This document shows, piece by piece, positions 54,819-63,445 of a stretch of DNA of 64,000 nucleotides. Source of the stretch: Acidimicrobiales bacterium (GTDB lineage Bacteria > Actinomycetota > Acidimicrobiia > Acidimicrobiales > Bog-793); the NCBI GenBank assembly GCA_049510975.1, contig JBEKYM010000003.1, forward strand, positions 103,011 through 167,010, in the 5' to 3' direction. The notes beneath the pieces were generated by a model. That model made no database searches and was not told the DNA's origin. It worked only from the letters and a program-made list of their open reading frames with translations. Made by a program: the position numbers and the translations under genes. Position 1 is the stretch's first letter; the number at the start of each line of letters is the position of its first letter.

Positions 54819-55529
54819 GTGAGCGGGGCGGCCGGCGAGGTCGAGCGCGTGCTGGAAGCTGCTCGGGCGGCGACCGGGTTCATGCCCGACGAGGAGGGAC
54901 TGGCCCTCGGGCGGGTCGCCGGACTGGTGGCCTCGCTGGCACCGGGTGCCGGCGGCGACGTGATCGTCGAAGTCGGCGCCTACTGCGGCCGCTCGACGCT
55001 GTACCTCGCCCACGGCGTGCTGGCGGCGCTCGCTGAGGAGGTCGGCGGCGGCGCAGCCGGCGGGGGGCGACCCGTCGTGTTCAGCGTCGACCACCATCAC
55101 GGCTCCGAGGAGAACCAGGCCGGCTGGGAGCACCACGATCTCTCCCTCGTCGATCCGCAGACGGGCCGGCTCGACACGCTCCCGACCTGGCGCCGGACGA
55201 TCGAAGGGGCCGGCGTGGAAGGCGGGGTCGTCGGTCTCGTCGGCGACTCCCCGACCATCGCCGCACGGTGGGGGGCGATGGCAGGTCTCGTCTTCATCGA
55301 CGGCGGCCACGGCGCCGAGCCGGCGTGGGCGGACTATTACGGCTGGGCGCCGGTCGTGGCCGTCGGTGGATGGCTCGCGATCCACGACGTCTTCCCGGAT
55401 CCGGCCGATGGCGGGCGACCACCGTACGAGCTCTACCTGCGAGCCCTCGAGTCGGGCGCCTTCGTCGAGGAGGCTGCGCTCGGTCGGGGCAGCCTGCGGG
55501 TCCTGCGACGGGTGACCGCCGGCGTCTGA
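54819..55529 (+). CDS. Class I SAM-dependent (TylF/CmcI-like) methyltransferase
   Basis: VEVGAYCGRSTLYLA ... FIDGGHG ... GGWLAIHDV. Confidence 0.7.
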   Translation: MSGAAGEVERVLEAARAATGFMPDEEGLALGRVAGLVASLAPGAGGDVIVEVGAYCGRSTLYLAHGVLAALAEEVGGGAAGGGRPVVFSVDHHHGSEENQAGWEHHDLSLVDPQTGRLDTLPTWRRTIEGAGVEGGVVGLVGDSPTIAARWGAMAGLVFIDGGHGAEPAWADYYGWAPVVAVGGWLAIHDVFPDPADGGRPPYELYLRALESGAFVEEAALGRGSLRVLRRVTAGV

Positions 55530-55611
55530 GGGCATAGAGCCCGGCGGCGCCGGCGGGGTGGCGTGGAGCGAGGCGGCGGGTTTCTTTGGTCAGGCGTGGC
55601 GCCGGCCGGAT

Positions 55612-55673
55612 CGAACCGTGTGCACAGGGTGACCGCCCGACGCCCTGTCCGGTTACTTTGTGCACACGGTTCG
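55612..55673. terminator. 15-bp perfect inverted repeat with 32-nt spacer between convergent genes
   Basis: CGAACCGTGTGCACA (55612-26) and TGTGCACACGGTTCG (55659-73). A GGGTTTCTTTGG tract lies upstream. Confidence 0.35.
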
Positions 55674-55729
55674 CGCTGCAGCACCGCCGCAGCACCGCCG
55701 GACGCCGGCGGCCGGCGGCCCCGAGCCCG

Positions 55730-56800
55730 TCAGGCGCGCTCTTCCACCTCGGACTCGGCATCGAGGTCGAGCACGGTGCCCGCCGGCAGCGAGCGCCCGA
55801 GGAAGAGGCCCGACGCCGGCCCCTGTGCTTCGAGGGCGTCGACGGCGAGGATCATGGCGGCGGCGGTGTAGCTGCTGCGCTCCTCGTGGGGGAAGCTCGA
55901 ACGCTGCGGGTAGACGAGGCCGGTCATGTAGGAGCCGTCCGGGCATCGCTGGTCCTGCACCCACTCGAGGAGGGAGGCGGCCTGCTGGCGGCGGTCGAGG
56001 CTGAGCAGGGCCATGGCGCACTCGGCCGTCTCGGCCGCGGTCACCCAGGAGCGGTCGGACACGCAGCGGACGCCTCGGCCCTCGATGACGAGCTCGGACC
56101 ACCGCTCGTCGATGCGCTCGGCACCGCGGGCCGGCTCGAGCGCACCGGACAGGACCGGGTAGTACCAGTCCATCGCAAAACGCTCCTTCGGCTCGAACCG
56201 GTCCGGCCGGTAGGCGACGGCGTGTCGCAGCCTCCCGGCGGCCAGCTCCCAGTCCGGGCGGTCGAGGCCGATGCGCTCGGCGCAGGCGACCGCGCAGCGC
56301 AGGCTGAAGTAGGCGGACGACGACCCGGTGAGCAGCGCATAGTCACCAGGCGTGCCGTCGGCCTCCACGGACCAGGTCAACTCGCCGCCGGGCTGCTGCC
56401 AGGAGAGGACGAAGTCGATCGACGCCTCGACGACGGGCCAGAACGACTCGATGACCCCCGTGTCGCCCGTCACGAGGTAGTGATGCCAGATCCCGGTGGC
56501 GAGGTAGGCGCAGACGTTGGTGTCGCGTTTTGCGTCCTCGATGGAGCCGTCAGGCCAGTAGTAGTTGTGCCAGGCGCCGTCGGGGAGCTGCGTGGCGCGG
56601 AGCCACTCGTAGGCGCGCACGGCGGCGTCGAGCCGGCCGGCGGTGGCAAGGGCCATGGCGGCTTCGACGTGGTTCCACGGGTCGGCGTGGCCGCCCTCGA
56701 ACCACTGCACCATCCCGTTCGGCAGCTGGCACGCCTCGATGGACGCCGCCGTGGCGCTGAGGTCGTCGGCGCTCAACAGGTAAGCCGGGATTCGGGTCAC
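55730..56800 (-). CDS. Prenyltransferase / terpene-cyclase-like alpha-alpha toroid repeat protein
   Basis: Recurrent Q-x-x-[DNG]-G-x-[WY]-type motifs (QLPNGMVQW, QLPDGAWHNYYW, QQPGGELTW, RCPDGSYMTG). The ATG overlaps the upstream stop. Confidence 0.6.
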   Translation of the reverse strand: MTRIPAYLLSADDLSATAASIEACQLPNGMVQWFEGGHADPWNHVEAAMALATAGRLDAAVRAYEWLRATQLPDGAWHNYYWPDGSIEDAKRDTNVCAYLATGIWHHYLVTGDTGVIESFWPVVEASIDFVLSWQQPGGELTWSVEADGTPGDYALLTGSSSAYFSLRCAVACAERIGLDRPDWELAAGRLRHAVAYRPDRFEPKERFAMDWYYPVLSGALEPARGAERIDERWSELVIEGRGVRCVSDRSWVTAAETAECAMALLSLDRRQQAASLLEWVQDQRCPDGSYMTGLVYPQRSSFPHEERSSYTAAAMILAVDALEAQGPASGLFLGRSLPAGTVLDLDAESEVEERA

Positions 56801-57510
56801 GATGCATGCTCCACATACACGACGAAACTCTTACCGATCAAGGGGTTCAGTACCTGCTCCGAGACGCGGGTGAGGGCGGGGCGTTTCATGATGTCCCAGA
56901 CGAGCAGTTGGTGGTAGGCCCGCACGGCCCGGTGCTGATCGTTGCTCGTGCCCACGAGGCACTTGAGCCACCAGTAGGGACTATGGAGGGCGTGGGCGTG
57001 ATGTGTGGCGAGGATGCGCAGGCCTGACGACTGCAGCCGAGCGAGGAGCTGGCTCCGTCGGTAGATGCGGATGTGGCCACCCGGAACGCTGTGGTACTCC
57101 TCCGACAGGGCCCAGTTGATCATCTCGGGCCCATAGCGAGGGACCGTCACGGCCATGCGGCCGGTCGGCTTCAGCACGCGAGCGAGCTCGGAGATGGCGA
57201 CGTGGTCGTTCGGCAGGTGCTCGAGCACCTCGGCGGCGATGATCCGGTCGAAGCTGTCGTCGGGGAACGGCAGCTGGAACGCCGTCCCCTGCACCTCCAT
57301 GCTGCGAGCACCTTCGCCTGCTTCGCCGGCCTCCGCCATCGCCTGCACGAGCCCGGTCACGCCTTTCAGCTCGACGAAGTCGGCGTCGAAGGCGACGACG
57401 CTCGCCCCCCGCCGGAACGACTCGAAGGCGTGACGGCCGCCGCCACATCCGAGGTCGAGCACCCGATCACCGGGCTGCAGGCCGAGACGTTCGAAGTCGA
57501 CCGTCAGCAC
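56797..57510 (-). CDS. Class I SAM-dependent methyltransferase
   Basis: VLDLGCGGGRHA motif I and AAEVLEHL. GTG at 57510 overlaps the GT4 3' end by 7 nt. Confidence 0.8.
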   Translation of the reverse strand: MLTVDFERLGLQPGDRVLDLGCGGGRHAFESFRRGASVVAFDADFVELKGVTGLVQAMAEAGEAGEGARSMEVQGTAFQLPFPDDSFDRIIAAEVLEHLPNDHVAISELARVLKPTGRMAVTVPRYGPEMINWALSEEYHSVPGGHIRIYRRSQLLARLQSSGLRILATHHAHALHSPYWWLKCLVGTSNDQHRAVRAYHQLLVWDIMKRPALTRVSEQVLNPLIGKSFVVYVEHAS

Positions 57511-58889
57511 GGCGACCCGGTCCCGGCGGCGTCGATCGCCGGCGCGACGCCGGCCGGAGCGACGCCGGCCGGAGCGACGGCCAGACCGCCGGCGTGGGCA
57601 GCAGGAGCAGAGGCCCGGTCGCGGGCGGCTCGCGCCCGCTCCTCGAGCAGGACCCGATACTGATCGGCGGTGAGGCGTGCGGTGACAGGCCAGGTGAAGA
57701 GCTCGAGCGTGCGTTTCCGGCCGGCAGCCCCGATCCGAGCTCGCAGCTCGGCGTCGCCGAGGGCCCGCAGCAGACCGGCGGCGAGCGCTCCCGGGTCGTT
57801 CGGCGCCACGAGCAGAGCCGTGACACCGTCGGTGCCGGCAACTTCCGGCAGTGCTCCGCCAGTAGTCGCGACGAGCATGACGCCGCTCGCCATCGCTTCG
57901 ATCGCCGGCAACGAGAAACCCTCGTAGAGCGACGGCACGACCGCCACCTCCGCCGAGCCGTACAGCTCCGACAGCTCGTCGTCGGAGATGCCCGAGCGGA
58001 AGTTGACAGCACCTTCGAGGCCGAGGCGATCGAGCACCCCCGGGATGAGGCTCCCGTCCCGCAGCCGCCCGACGACGACGAGGTGGGCGTCGGAACGCTC
58101 CGTGCGTACCTTCGCAAGGGCTTCCAGCAAGGGGATGAGGCCTTTCATGGGCACATCCGCACTGGCGGTCGTCACGAGCCTGCCCGGCACCCGGGCGATC
58201 TCGGGCCGAGGCCGGAACACCGACTCGTCGACACCGACCGGCACGACGGCCATCCGGGACGGCTCGACGCCGAGCTGCTCGGCGATGTCGTGGCACGACG
58301 ACTCCGACACGGTCACGACACGGGGGATCTGGCGGGCGACTCGGCGCTGCATCTCGATGAACCCGTACCACCGCCGCAGCGTCAGCCGCCGGCGGATCGT
58401 GGTGGCGTGCGACAGGTCCAGCTCACGATCGACCGTGATCGGATGGTGGATCGTGCCGAGCAGCGGCCAGCCGTCGCGCATGATCCCGAGCAGCCCGCTG
58501 CCGAGCGACTGGTTGTCGTGCACGATGTCGAACTGGCCGGTGCGCGCCGCCAGCAGCTTGCGTGCACGCAGCGTGAACGTGCGCGGTTCGGGGAAGCCGG
58601 CCGTGCACATGATGGCGAACTCGAGGGCGTCGATCGACGTCTTGAACTCCGAGGGGCGCGGCACCCGGAACGGGTCGGGCTCCCGGTACAGGTCGAGGCT
58701 CGGCACCTCGACGAAACCCACCCCGTCCTCCAACTCCGGGTACGGCTGCCCGGAGAACACCGTCACTTCGTGGCCGAGCTTCGTGAGCTCATTGGTCAGG
58801 TGGCGGGTGTAGACACCCTGACCGCCACAACGTGGGTTGCCCCGGTAGACGAGATACGCGACGCGAAGCCGCTCCGCATCAGCGTTCAT
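57504..58889 (-). CDS. GT4-family glycosyltransferase
   Basis: N-terminal GGQGVYTRHL ... and C-terminal PSLYEGFSLPAIEAMASG (E-x7-E region). Confidence 0.85.
   Translation of the reverse strand: MNADAERLRVAYLVYRGNPRCGGQGVYTRHLTNELTKLGHEVTVFSGQPYPELEDGVGFVEVPSLDLYREPDPFRVPRPSEFKTSIDALEFAIMCTAGFPEPRTFTLRARKLLAARTGQFDIVHDNQSLGSGLLGIMRDGWPLLGTIHHPITVDRELDLSHATTIRRRLTLRRWYGFIEMQRRVARQIPRVVTVSESSCHDIAEQLGVEPSRMAVVPVGVDESVFRPRPEIARVPGRLVTTASADVPMKGLIPLLEALAKVRTERSDAHLVVVGRLRDGSLIPGVLDRLGLEGAVNFRSGISDDELSELYGSAEVAVVPSLYEGFSLPAIEAMASGVMLVATTGGALPEVAGTDGVTALLVAPNDPGALAAGLLRALGDAELRARIGAAGRKRTLELFTWPVTARLTADQYRVLLEERARAARDRASAPAAHAGGLAVAPAGVAPAGVAPAIDAAGTGSPC
57544..57588 (-). repeat. 15-bp tandem repeat, about 2.5 copies, in frame ((APAGV)n tail of GT4)
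   Basis: GCGACGCCGGCCGGA x2, then a degenerate third copy. Confidence 0.8.
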
Positions 58890-58954
58890 GATCGCTCAAG
58901 CCTTCCCCGCTTCGGTGCTCCAGCGCAACTCAACATCCAACCTGGCCTTTTCGC

Positions 58955-60346
58955 TCACTTGATCCCGATCGCCGGCAGGATCGTGACGACCACGAGGAGA
59001 ACGGCCATGAAGCTCACGACGACCGTGACCACGGCCGAGACGACCTTCAGAATGGGCCCGTTCGCCCACTTGCCGAGAACGCTCTTGCGGTTGGCGAGCA
59101 CGACGATGAACGTCAGCGTGATGGGTGTGACCAGCCCCTGCACGACCTGGGTGCCGATGAGCAGGCTGATCAGGTTGATCGGCGTCAGCGTCACGATGAC
59201 ACCGATGATGATCTGAGCGGTGAACAGCCCGAGGAACAGCGGCGCCTGACGGAAGCTGCGCGAGACGGAGCGCTCGACGCCGATCGCCTCGGCGAGGGCG
59301 TACGAGGTCGACAGGGGGACGACGGCTGCCGCCAGGGCCGAAGCCCCGAGCAAGCCGAGGCCGAAGAGGATGACGGCGGCCGGGCCGGCCACGGGGCGAA
59401 GGGCATGGGCCGCTTCCTTCGCCGAGGTGAGCACGCCGGAGCCACCGATGGCAGCCCCAGTGGCGATGATGATCGACCACGAGATGAACGTGGCAAAGCC
59501 GGCGCCGGCGACGGCATCGATGCGCTCGAGCGGGTACTCCTCCGGACCGATGCCGCGGTCGACCACCGCCGAAGCGTTGTAGAGCTGCATGTAGGGCGAG
59601 ATCGTCGTGCCGATGAGGGCCACAGCGAGGAGGACGAACGCCTTGTTGGACACGAGGTGCGGGATGACGACCGAGCTCGCCACCGTCGACCACTTCGGAT
59701 GTGAGAGGGCGGCCGCCACCGGGTAGGCGAAGAAGGCCACCGTGAGGAGCAGGAAGACCCGCTCGGCGTACCGGTAGCTGCCGAGGAGCACGAGGAGCCA
59801 GATGGCGACGGCTGAGATCGGGACCGTGATGTAGCGGGAGACGCCGAACAATTCGAAGGCGGTGGCGATGCCGGCGAACTCCGAGACGACGATGCCGACG
59901 TTGGCGATGACGAGCGCTCCGAGGGCGAGGGAGGTGAGGCGGATCGAGAACTCCTCTCGGATGAGAGAGGCGAGTCCTTTGCCCGAGATGGCGCCGAGGC
60001 GGGCCGACATCTCCTGCACGAGCGCCAGCCCGATGCCGATGAGGAGCATGAGAAACAACGTCCGGTAGCGGTACTGCGATCCGGCCGAGGAGTAGGTGAC
60101 GATGCCGCCGGCGTCGTTTCCCGCGGCGGCGGCGATGAGGCCCGGGCCGGCGATGGTGGCGAGGAAGAGGATGCGCCGGCGGACCGGACGTCGACGGGGA
60201 GCCCGGGGCGTTCGCAGCAGCCGCGGCTCCGGCTCCCCGGATCCTCGCGGCCGGCCCACCTCGACGGCACCGGCCTCTCCTCGCGACACCGCCCGGCTCG
60301 GGCGACGCCGACTCGGCTCCTTGGTGCCCTCGTCCGAGGGCGCCAT
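58955..60346 (-). CDS. SLC11/Nramp-related transporter with a non-canonical metal site (NRMT-like)
   Basis: GPGLIAAAAGNDAGGIVTYSSAGSQYRY (canonical DPGN reads DAGG here). GTTISPYMQLYNAS (canonical A-x-x-M-P-H reads T-x-x-S-P-Y here). Strong RBS GAAGGAGGAAGG. Confidence 0.85.
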   Translation of the reverse strand: MAPSDEGTKEPSRRRPSRAVSRGEAGAVEVGRPRGSGEPEPRLLRTPRAPRRRPVRRRILFLATIAGPGLIAAAAGNDAGGIVTYSSAGSQYRYRTLFLMLLIGIGLALVQEMSARLGAISGKGLASLIREEFSIRLTSLALGALVIANVGIVVSEFAGIATAFELFGVSRYITVPISAVAIWLLVLLGSYRYAERVFLLLTVAFFAYPVAAALSHPKWSTVASSVVIPHLVSNKAFVLLAVALIGTTISPYMQLYNASAVVDRGIGPEEYPLERIDAVAGAGFATFISWSIIIATGAAIGGSGVLTSAKEAAHALRPVAGPAAVILFGLGLLGASALAAAVVPLSTSYALAEAIGVERSVSRSFRQAPLFLGLFTAQIIIGVIVTLTPINLISLLIGTQVVQGLVTPITLTFIVVLANRKSVLGKWANGPILKVVSAVVTVVVSFMAVLLVVVTILPAIGIK

Positions 60347-60362
60347 AAGCCTTCCTCCTTCG

Positions 60363-61700
60363 TCACTGCAGGAACCGTGGGAAGTGCAGGCGTCCCCGCT
60401 CAGGCAGCAGGGCGTCGACGACGTCGTCGGCGAGGATGCGCCCGATGGGGCGACCCTCCTCGACGACGAGCACCGACGACCGGCGGGCTTCGGTCAGCTG
60501 GGCCGCCACCGCGCGGATCGACTCGTCGGGGCCGACGGTGAGCGGCGTCTCCTCACCGACGAGATCGCCGACCGTCGTGTTCGGGTCGGCGATGAGCAGG
60601 TCGAAGAGCGTGAGGTCGTCGACGAGCAGCCCGTCGGCATCGACGACGGCGACACCGTCGAGCTCGCCGCGGTGATCGGCCAGCTCGCGCAGGCGGCCGC
60701 GCAGCGCCTCGACCGTGTCGTCGAAGTGGGCGACGGCGAGCGACGTCGTCATGATGCCGCCGGCGGTGTCCTCCTCGTAGGCGAGCATGCCCGAGAGCTC
60801 GGCCGCCCGTTCGCTGTTCATGTGGCCGAGGAGCTCGTCGCGCTCCTCGTCGGCCAGGTCGCGCAACGCTTCCACGGCTTCGTCGGTCTCCATGGAGGAG
60901 ACGAGTGAAGCGGCCTGATCCGGGTCGACCCCGCGCAGCAGGGACTCCAGCTCCTCGGGGTCCATCTCCTCGAGGGCGTCGGCCGCCTCTCTCGGGTCGA
61001 GCACCTTCAGCAGCTCCTGCTGCTCCTCGCGATCGAGATCCTCCAGCAAGTCGGCGAGCTCGCCCGGACGGAGGCGGTGGAGGCCCTCGTGCGTGGTGCG
61101 CAGGCGCACCGTCAGGCCCGGGGCGCCGAAGGGTTGGATGGCCGCCCAGTCGATCACCCGTCCCGGTGTCGGTCGGCTCCGCTGGCTGAAGGGGCCGAGG
61201 CGGCGCAGCAGCGTTTGGGTGCTCACGTCGACGCCGACGAGGCGGATGCGGTTCTGCACAGGAGCCAGGTAGAGATCGGCTGCCCGGATGACCTGCACGC
61301 CGTCGACGTCCACGAGCTGGTGGTCGAGCACGTCGCGGGCGAGCAGGAGCTCGCCGTCACGCCGCTCGTAGTCGCGCAAATCCACCCGCGCCGACCGCAG
61401 CACGACCTCGGTGTGACTGAGGCTGGCGACGAGGCTGGCGTCGAGGAACACCTTGCGCCGGCCGACCCGCACGACGAAACCAGTGATCGGCGGGTACGCC
61501 TGGTCGCCCGCGAACCGGGCGATGGCGTCCACGACGCGGCCGATCTCCTCACCGCCTTGATGGCGGACGGGACGGTTGATGAGGCCGGCGAGGCTGACGA
61601 TGGAGTCCCGCACGGCGCGAGTCGCCGTCAGGCGGTTGTGGCGCTTGTCGAGGCGGGTACGGAGCGTTTGCGGAGCGGGCACAGGAGGGCGACGAGCCAT
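60363..61700 (-). CDS. Soluble PRC-barrel x2 + MgtE_N + CBS-pair protein (MgtE cytosolic module without a pore)
   Basis: PRC-like GEEIGRVVDAI ... GFVVRVG. MgtE_N helices LADLLEDLD ... EALRDL. GGIMTT, then two CBS motifs. Ends at HFPRFLQ with no TM helices. Confidence 0.85.
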   Translation of the reverse strand: MARRPPVPAPQTLRTRLDKRHNRLTATRAVRDSIVSLAGLINRPVRHQGGEEIGRVVDAIARFAGDQAYPPITGFVVRVGRRKVFLDASLVASLSHTEVVLRSARVDLRDYERRDGELLLARDVLDHQLVDVDGVQVIRAADLYLAPVQNRIRLVGVDVSTQTLLRRLGPFSQRSRPTPGRVIDWAAIQPFGAPGLTVRLRTTHEGLHRLRPGELADLLEDLDREEQQELLKVLDPREAADALEEMDPEELESLLRGVDPDQAASLVSSMETDEAVEALRDLADEERDELLGHMNSERAAELSGMLAYEEDTAGGIMTTSLAVAHFDDTVEALRGRLRELADHRGELDGVAVVDADGLLVDDLTLFDLLIADPNTTVGDLVGEETPLTVGPDESIRAVAAQLTEARRSSVLVVEEGRPIGRILADDVVDALLPERGRLHFPRFLQ

Positions 61701-62084
61701 GGGACCTCCTTCGAATGACAGGCGCCCTGGGGGCGCAAGCGAGCAACGGCGGCGTCATGCGGACGGCGCGCAACAGCGCGCCTCCACGGTGCAGTCGTGA
61801 CCCGGTCCTCGGCAGCCGGCCGAGCCGGCCGGTCCTGCGGCTCAGCGCTCCCGCGTGCGACTCAACGGGGTGGACGGAGGCAGGGCACCTGAGGACGGGG
61901 CGCGCCGGTACTCGGGGGTTGGTCGGTTGACATCGACCCCACCTCCTTTCGTGCTCGGCCAACTCGTCACGGGTGCTCCGCCGACTGCTCCACCAGGCGA
62001 AACCCGCAGCATCCTAGCCGCGCGCCACCCCCTTTCCGCCCGGCCAACTGCCACGTGCTGCGGGCCGGCGGTAGCCTCTGGGCC

Positions 62085-63326
62085 ATGGATCTGACTTACC
62101 CGCCCGAAGCCGAGGCGTTTCGCGTCGAAGTCCGCAGCTGGCTCGAGGAGAACCTGCCGCAAGGTTGGGGGCAACCGGGGTTCTCGATGACGCCCGATCA
62201 ACGTGCCTCGTTCAACAACGAGTGGACGAAGAAGCTGGCCGACGGCGGCTGGATCTGCGCCTCCTGGCCGAAGGAGTACGGCGGCCGCGGGCTCTCGATC
62301 ATGGAGAGCGTCGTGCTCAACGAGGAGTTCGCCCGGGTGAACGCCCCCATGCGGGCGGACTTCTTCGGGGACACGCTCGTCGGCCCGACGATCCTCAAGT
62401 GGGGCACCGAGGAGCAGAAGCAGTACTTCCTGCCGAAGATCCTCTCCGGTGAGATCTCGTGGTGCCAGGGCTTCTCCGAGCCAGACTCGGGGAGCGACCT
62501 CGCCTCCTTGAAGACGAGGGCCGAGCTCGACGGGGACGAGTGGGTCATCAACGGTCAAAAGGTGTGGACCACCCAGGCGCAGTACGCCGACTACGTCTTC
62601 CTCATGGCGCGCACCGACCCGGAGCTCCCCAAGCACAAGGGCATCTCCTACCTGCTCGTCCCGATGCGGCAGGAGGGCATCGAGGTGCGCCCGATCGCCC
62701 AGATCGACGGGTCGGCCGAGTTCAACGAGGTCTTCTTCTCGAACGCCCGCTGCCCGAAGGACAACGTCGTCGGCGGTGTCAACAACGGTTGGGCCGTGGC
62801 CATGGACACGCTCGGCTTCGAGCGGGGCACGTCGGCGACGACCGGCTACCGCCGCTTCCAGAAGGAGCTCGACGCCATCATCGACGTCGCCAAGGCCAAC
62901 GGCAAGATCAACGACCCGCTCGTGCGCCAGCGTCTGGCGCTGGCGTGGTCGAAGGTCAAGATCATGCAGATCAACGGGTTGCGAAGCCTGACCTCGGCGC
63001 TGACGGGCGACCACTCGACGATCGCCCTCGGGGCCACCAACAAGATGTACTGGTCCGAGTACCACCGCGACACGATGGAACTGGCGATGGACATCTTGGG
63101 CATGGAAGGCCAGGTCCTTCCCGTGCACGCCGGCGATGACGACGACGTCGAGTTCATGCCTGGCATCGGTGCGCGCCACCGGCGGCCTGGGTATGGGGTG
63201 AGCCCGCTGCAGGCGAGTTTCTTCTTCTCTCGTTCCGAGACGATCTGGGGAGGAACCGCACAGATCCAGCGAAACATCGTCGGCGAGCGCGTGCTCGGCC
63301 TGCCGAAGGAACCCAAGGCCGGCTGA
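62085..63326 (+). CDS. Acyl-CoA dehydrogenase family protein
   Basis: ATG at 62085. WPKEYGGRG ... CQGFSEPDSGSDLASL ... GGTAQIQRNIVGERVLGLP. Confidence 0.9.
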   Translation: MDLTYPPEAEAFRVEVRSWLEENLPQGWGQPGFSMTPDQRASFNNEWTKKLADGGWICASWPKEYGGRGLSIMESVVLNEEFARVNAPMRADFFGDTLVGPTILKWGTEEQKQYFLPKILSGEISWCQGFSEPDSGSDLASLKTRAELDGDEWVINGQKVWTTQAQYADYVFLMARTDPELPKHKGISYLLVPMRQEGIEVRPIAQIDGSAEFNEVFFSNARCPKDNVVGGVNNGWAVAMDTLGFERGTSATTGYRRFQKELDAIIDVAKANGKINDPLVRQRLALAWSKVKIMQINGLRSLTSALTGDHSTIALGATNKMYWSEYHRDTMELAMDILGMEGQVLPVHAGDDDDVEFMPGIGARHRRPGYGVSPLQASFFFSRSETIWGGTAQIQRNIVGERVLGLPKEPKAG

Positions 63327-63445
63327 GCCCGGCGGCCGGCGCCGGCTACCTCTTCGGACTCGGATCAGGGCGGCGGCTAAGGACCGTCGTCGCAAAGGTG
63401 CCGGCGGTACGCTGCGAGCCTTGCTACCTCGCGGAGGCACCTGAC

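Noticed and set aside
61701-62084. M-box (ykoK) Mg2+ riboswitch in the leader of the MgtE_N/Nramp operon.
   Set aside because: Only a weak resemblance (AGGTGCCCTGCCTCC versus AGGUGAGGCUCC). The other conserved M-box blocks are not visible. It is kept only as a test suggestion.
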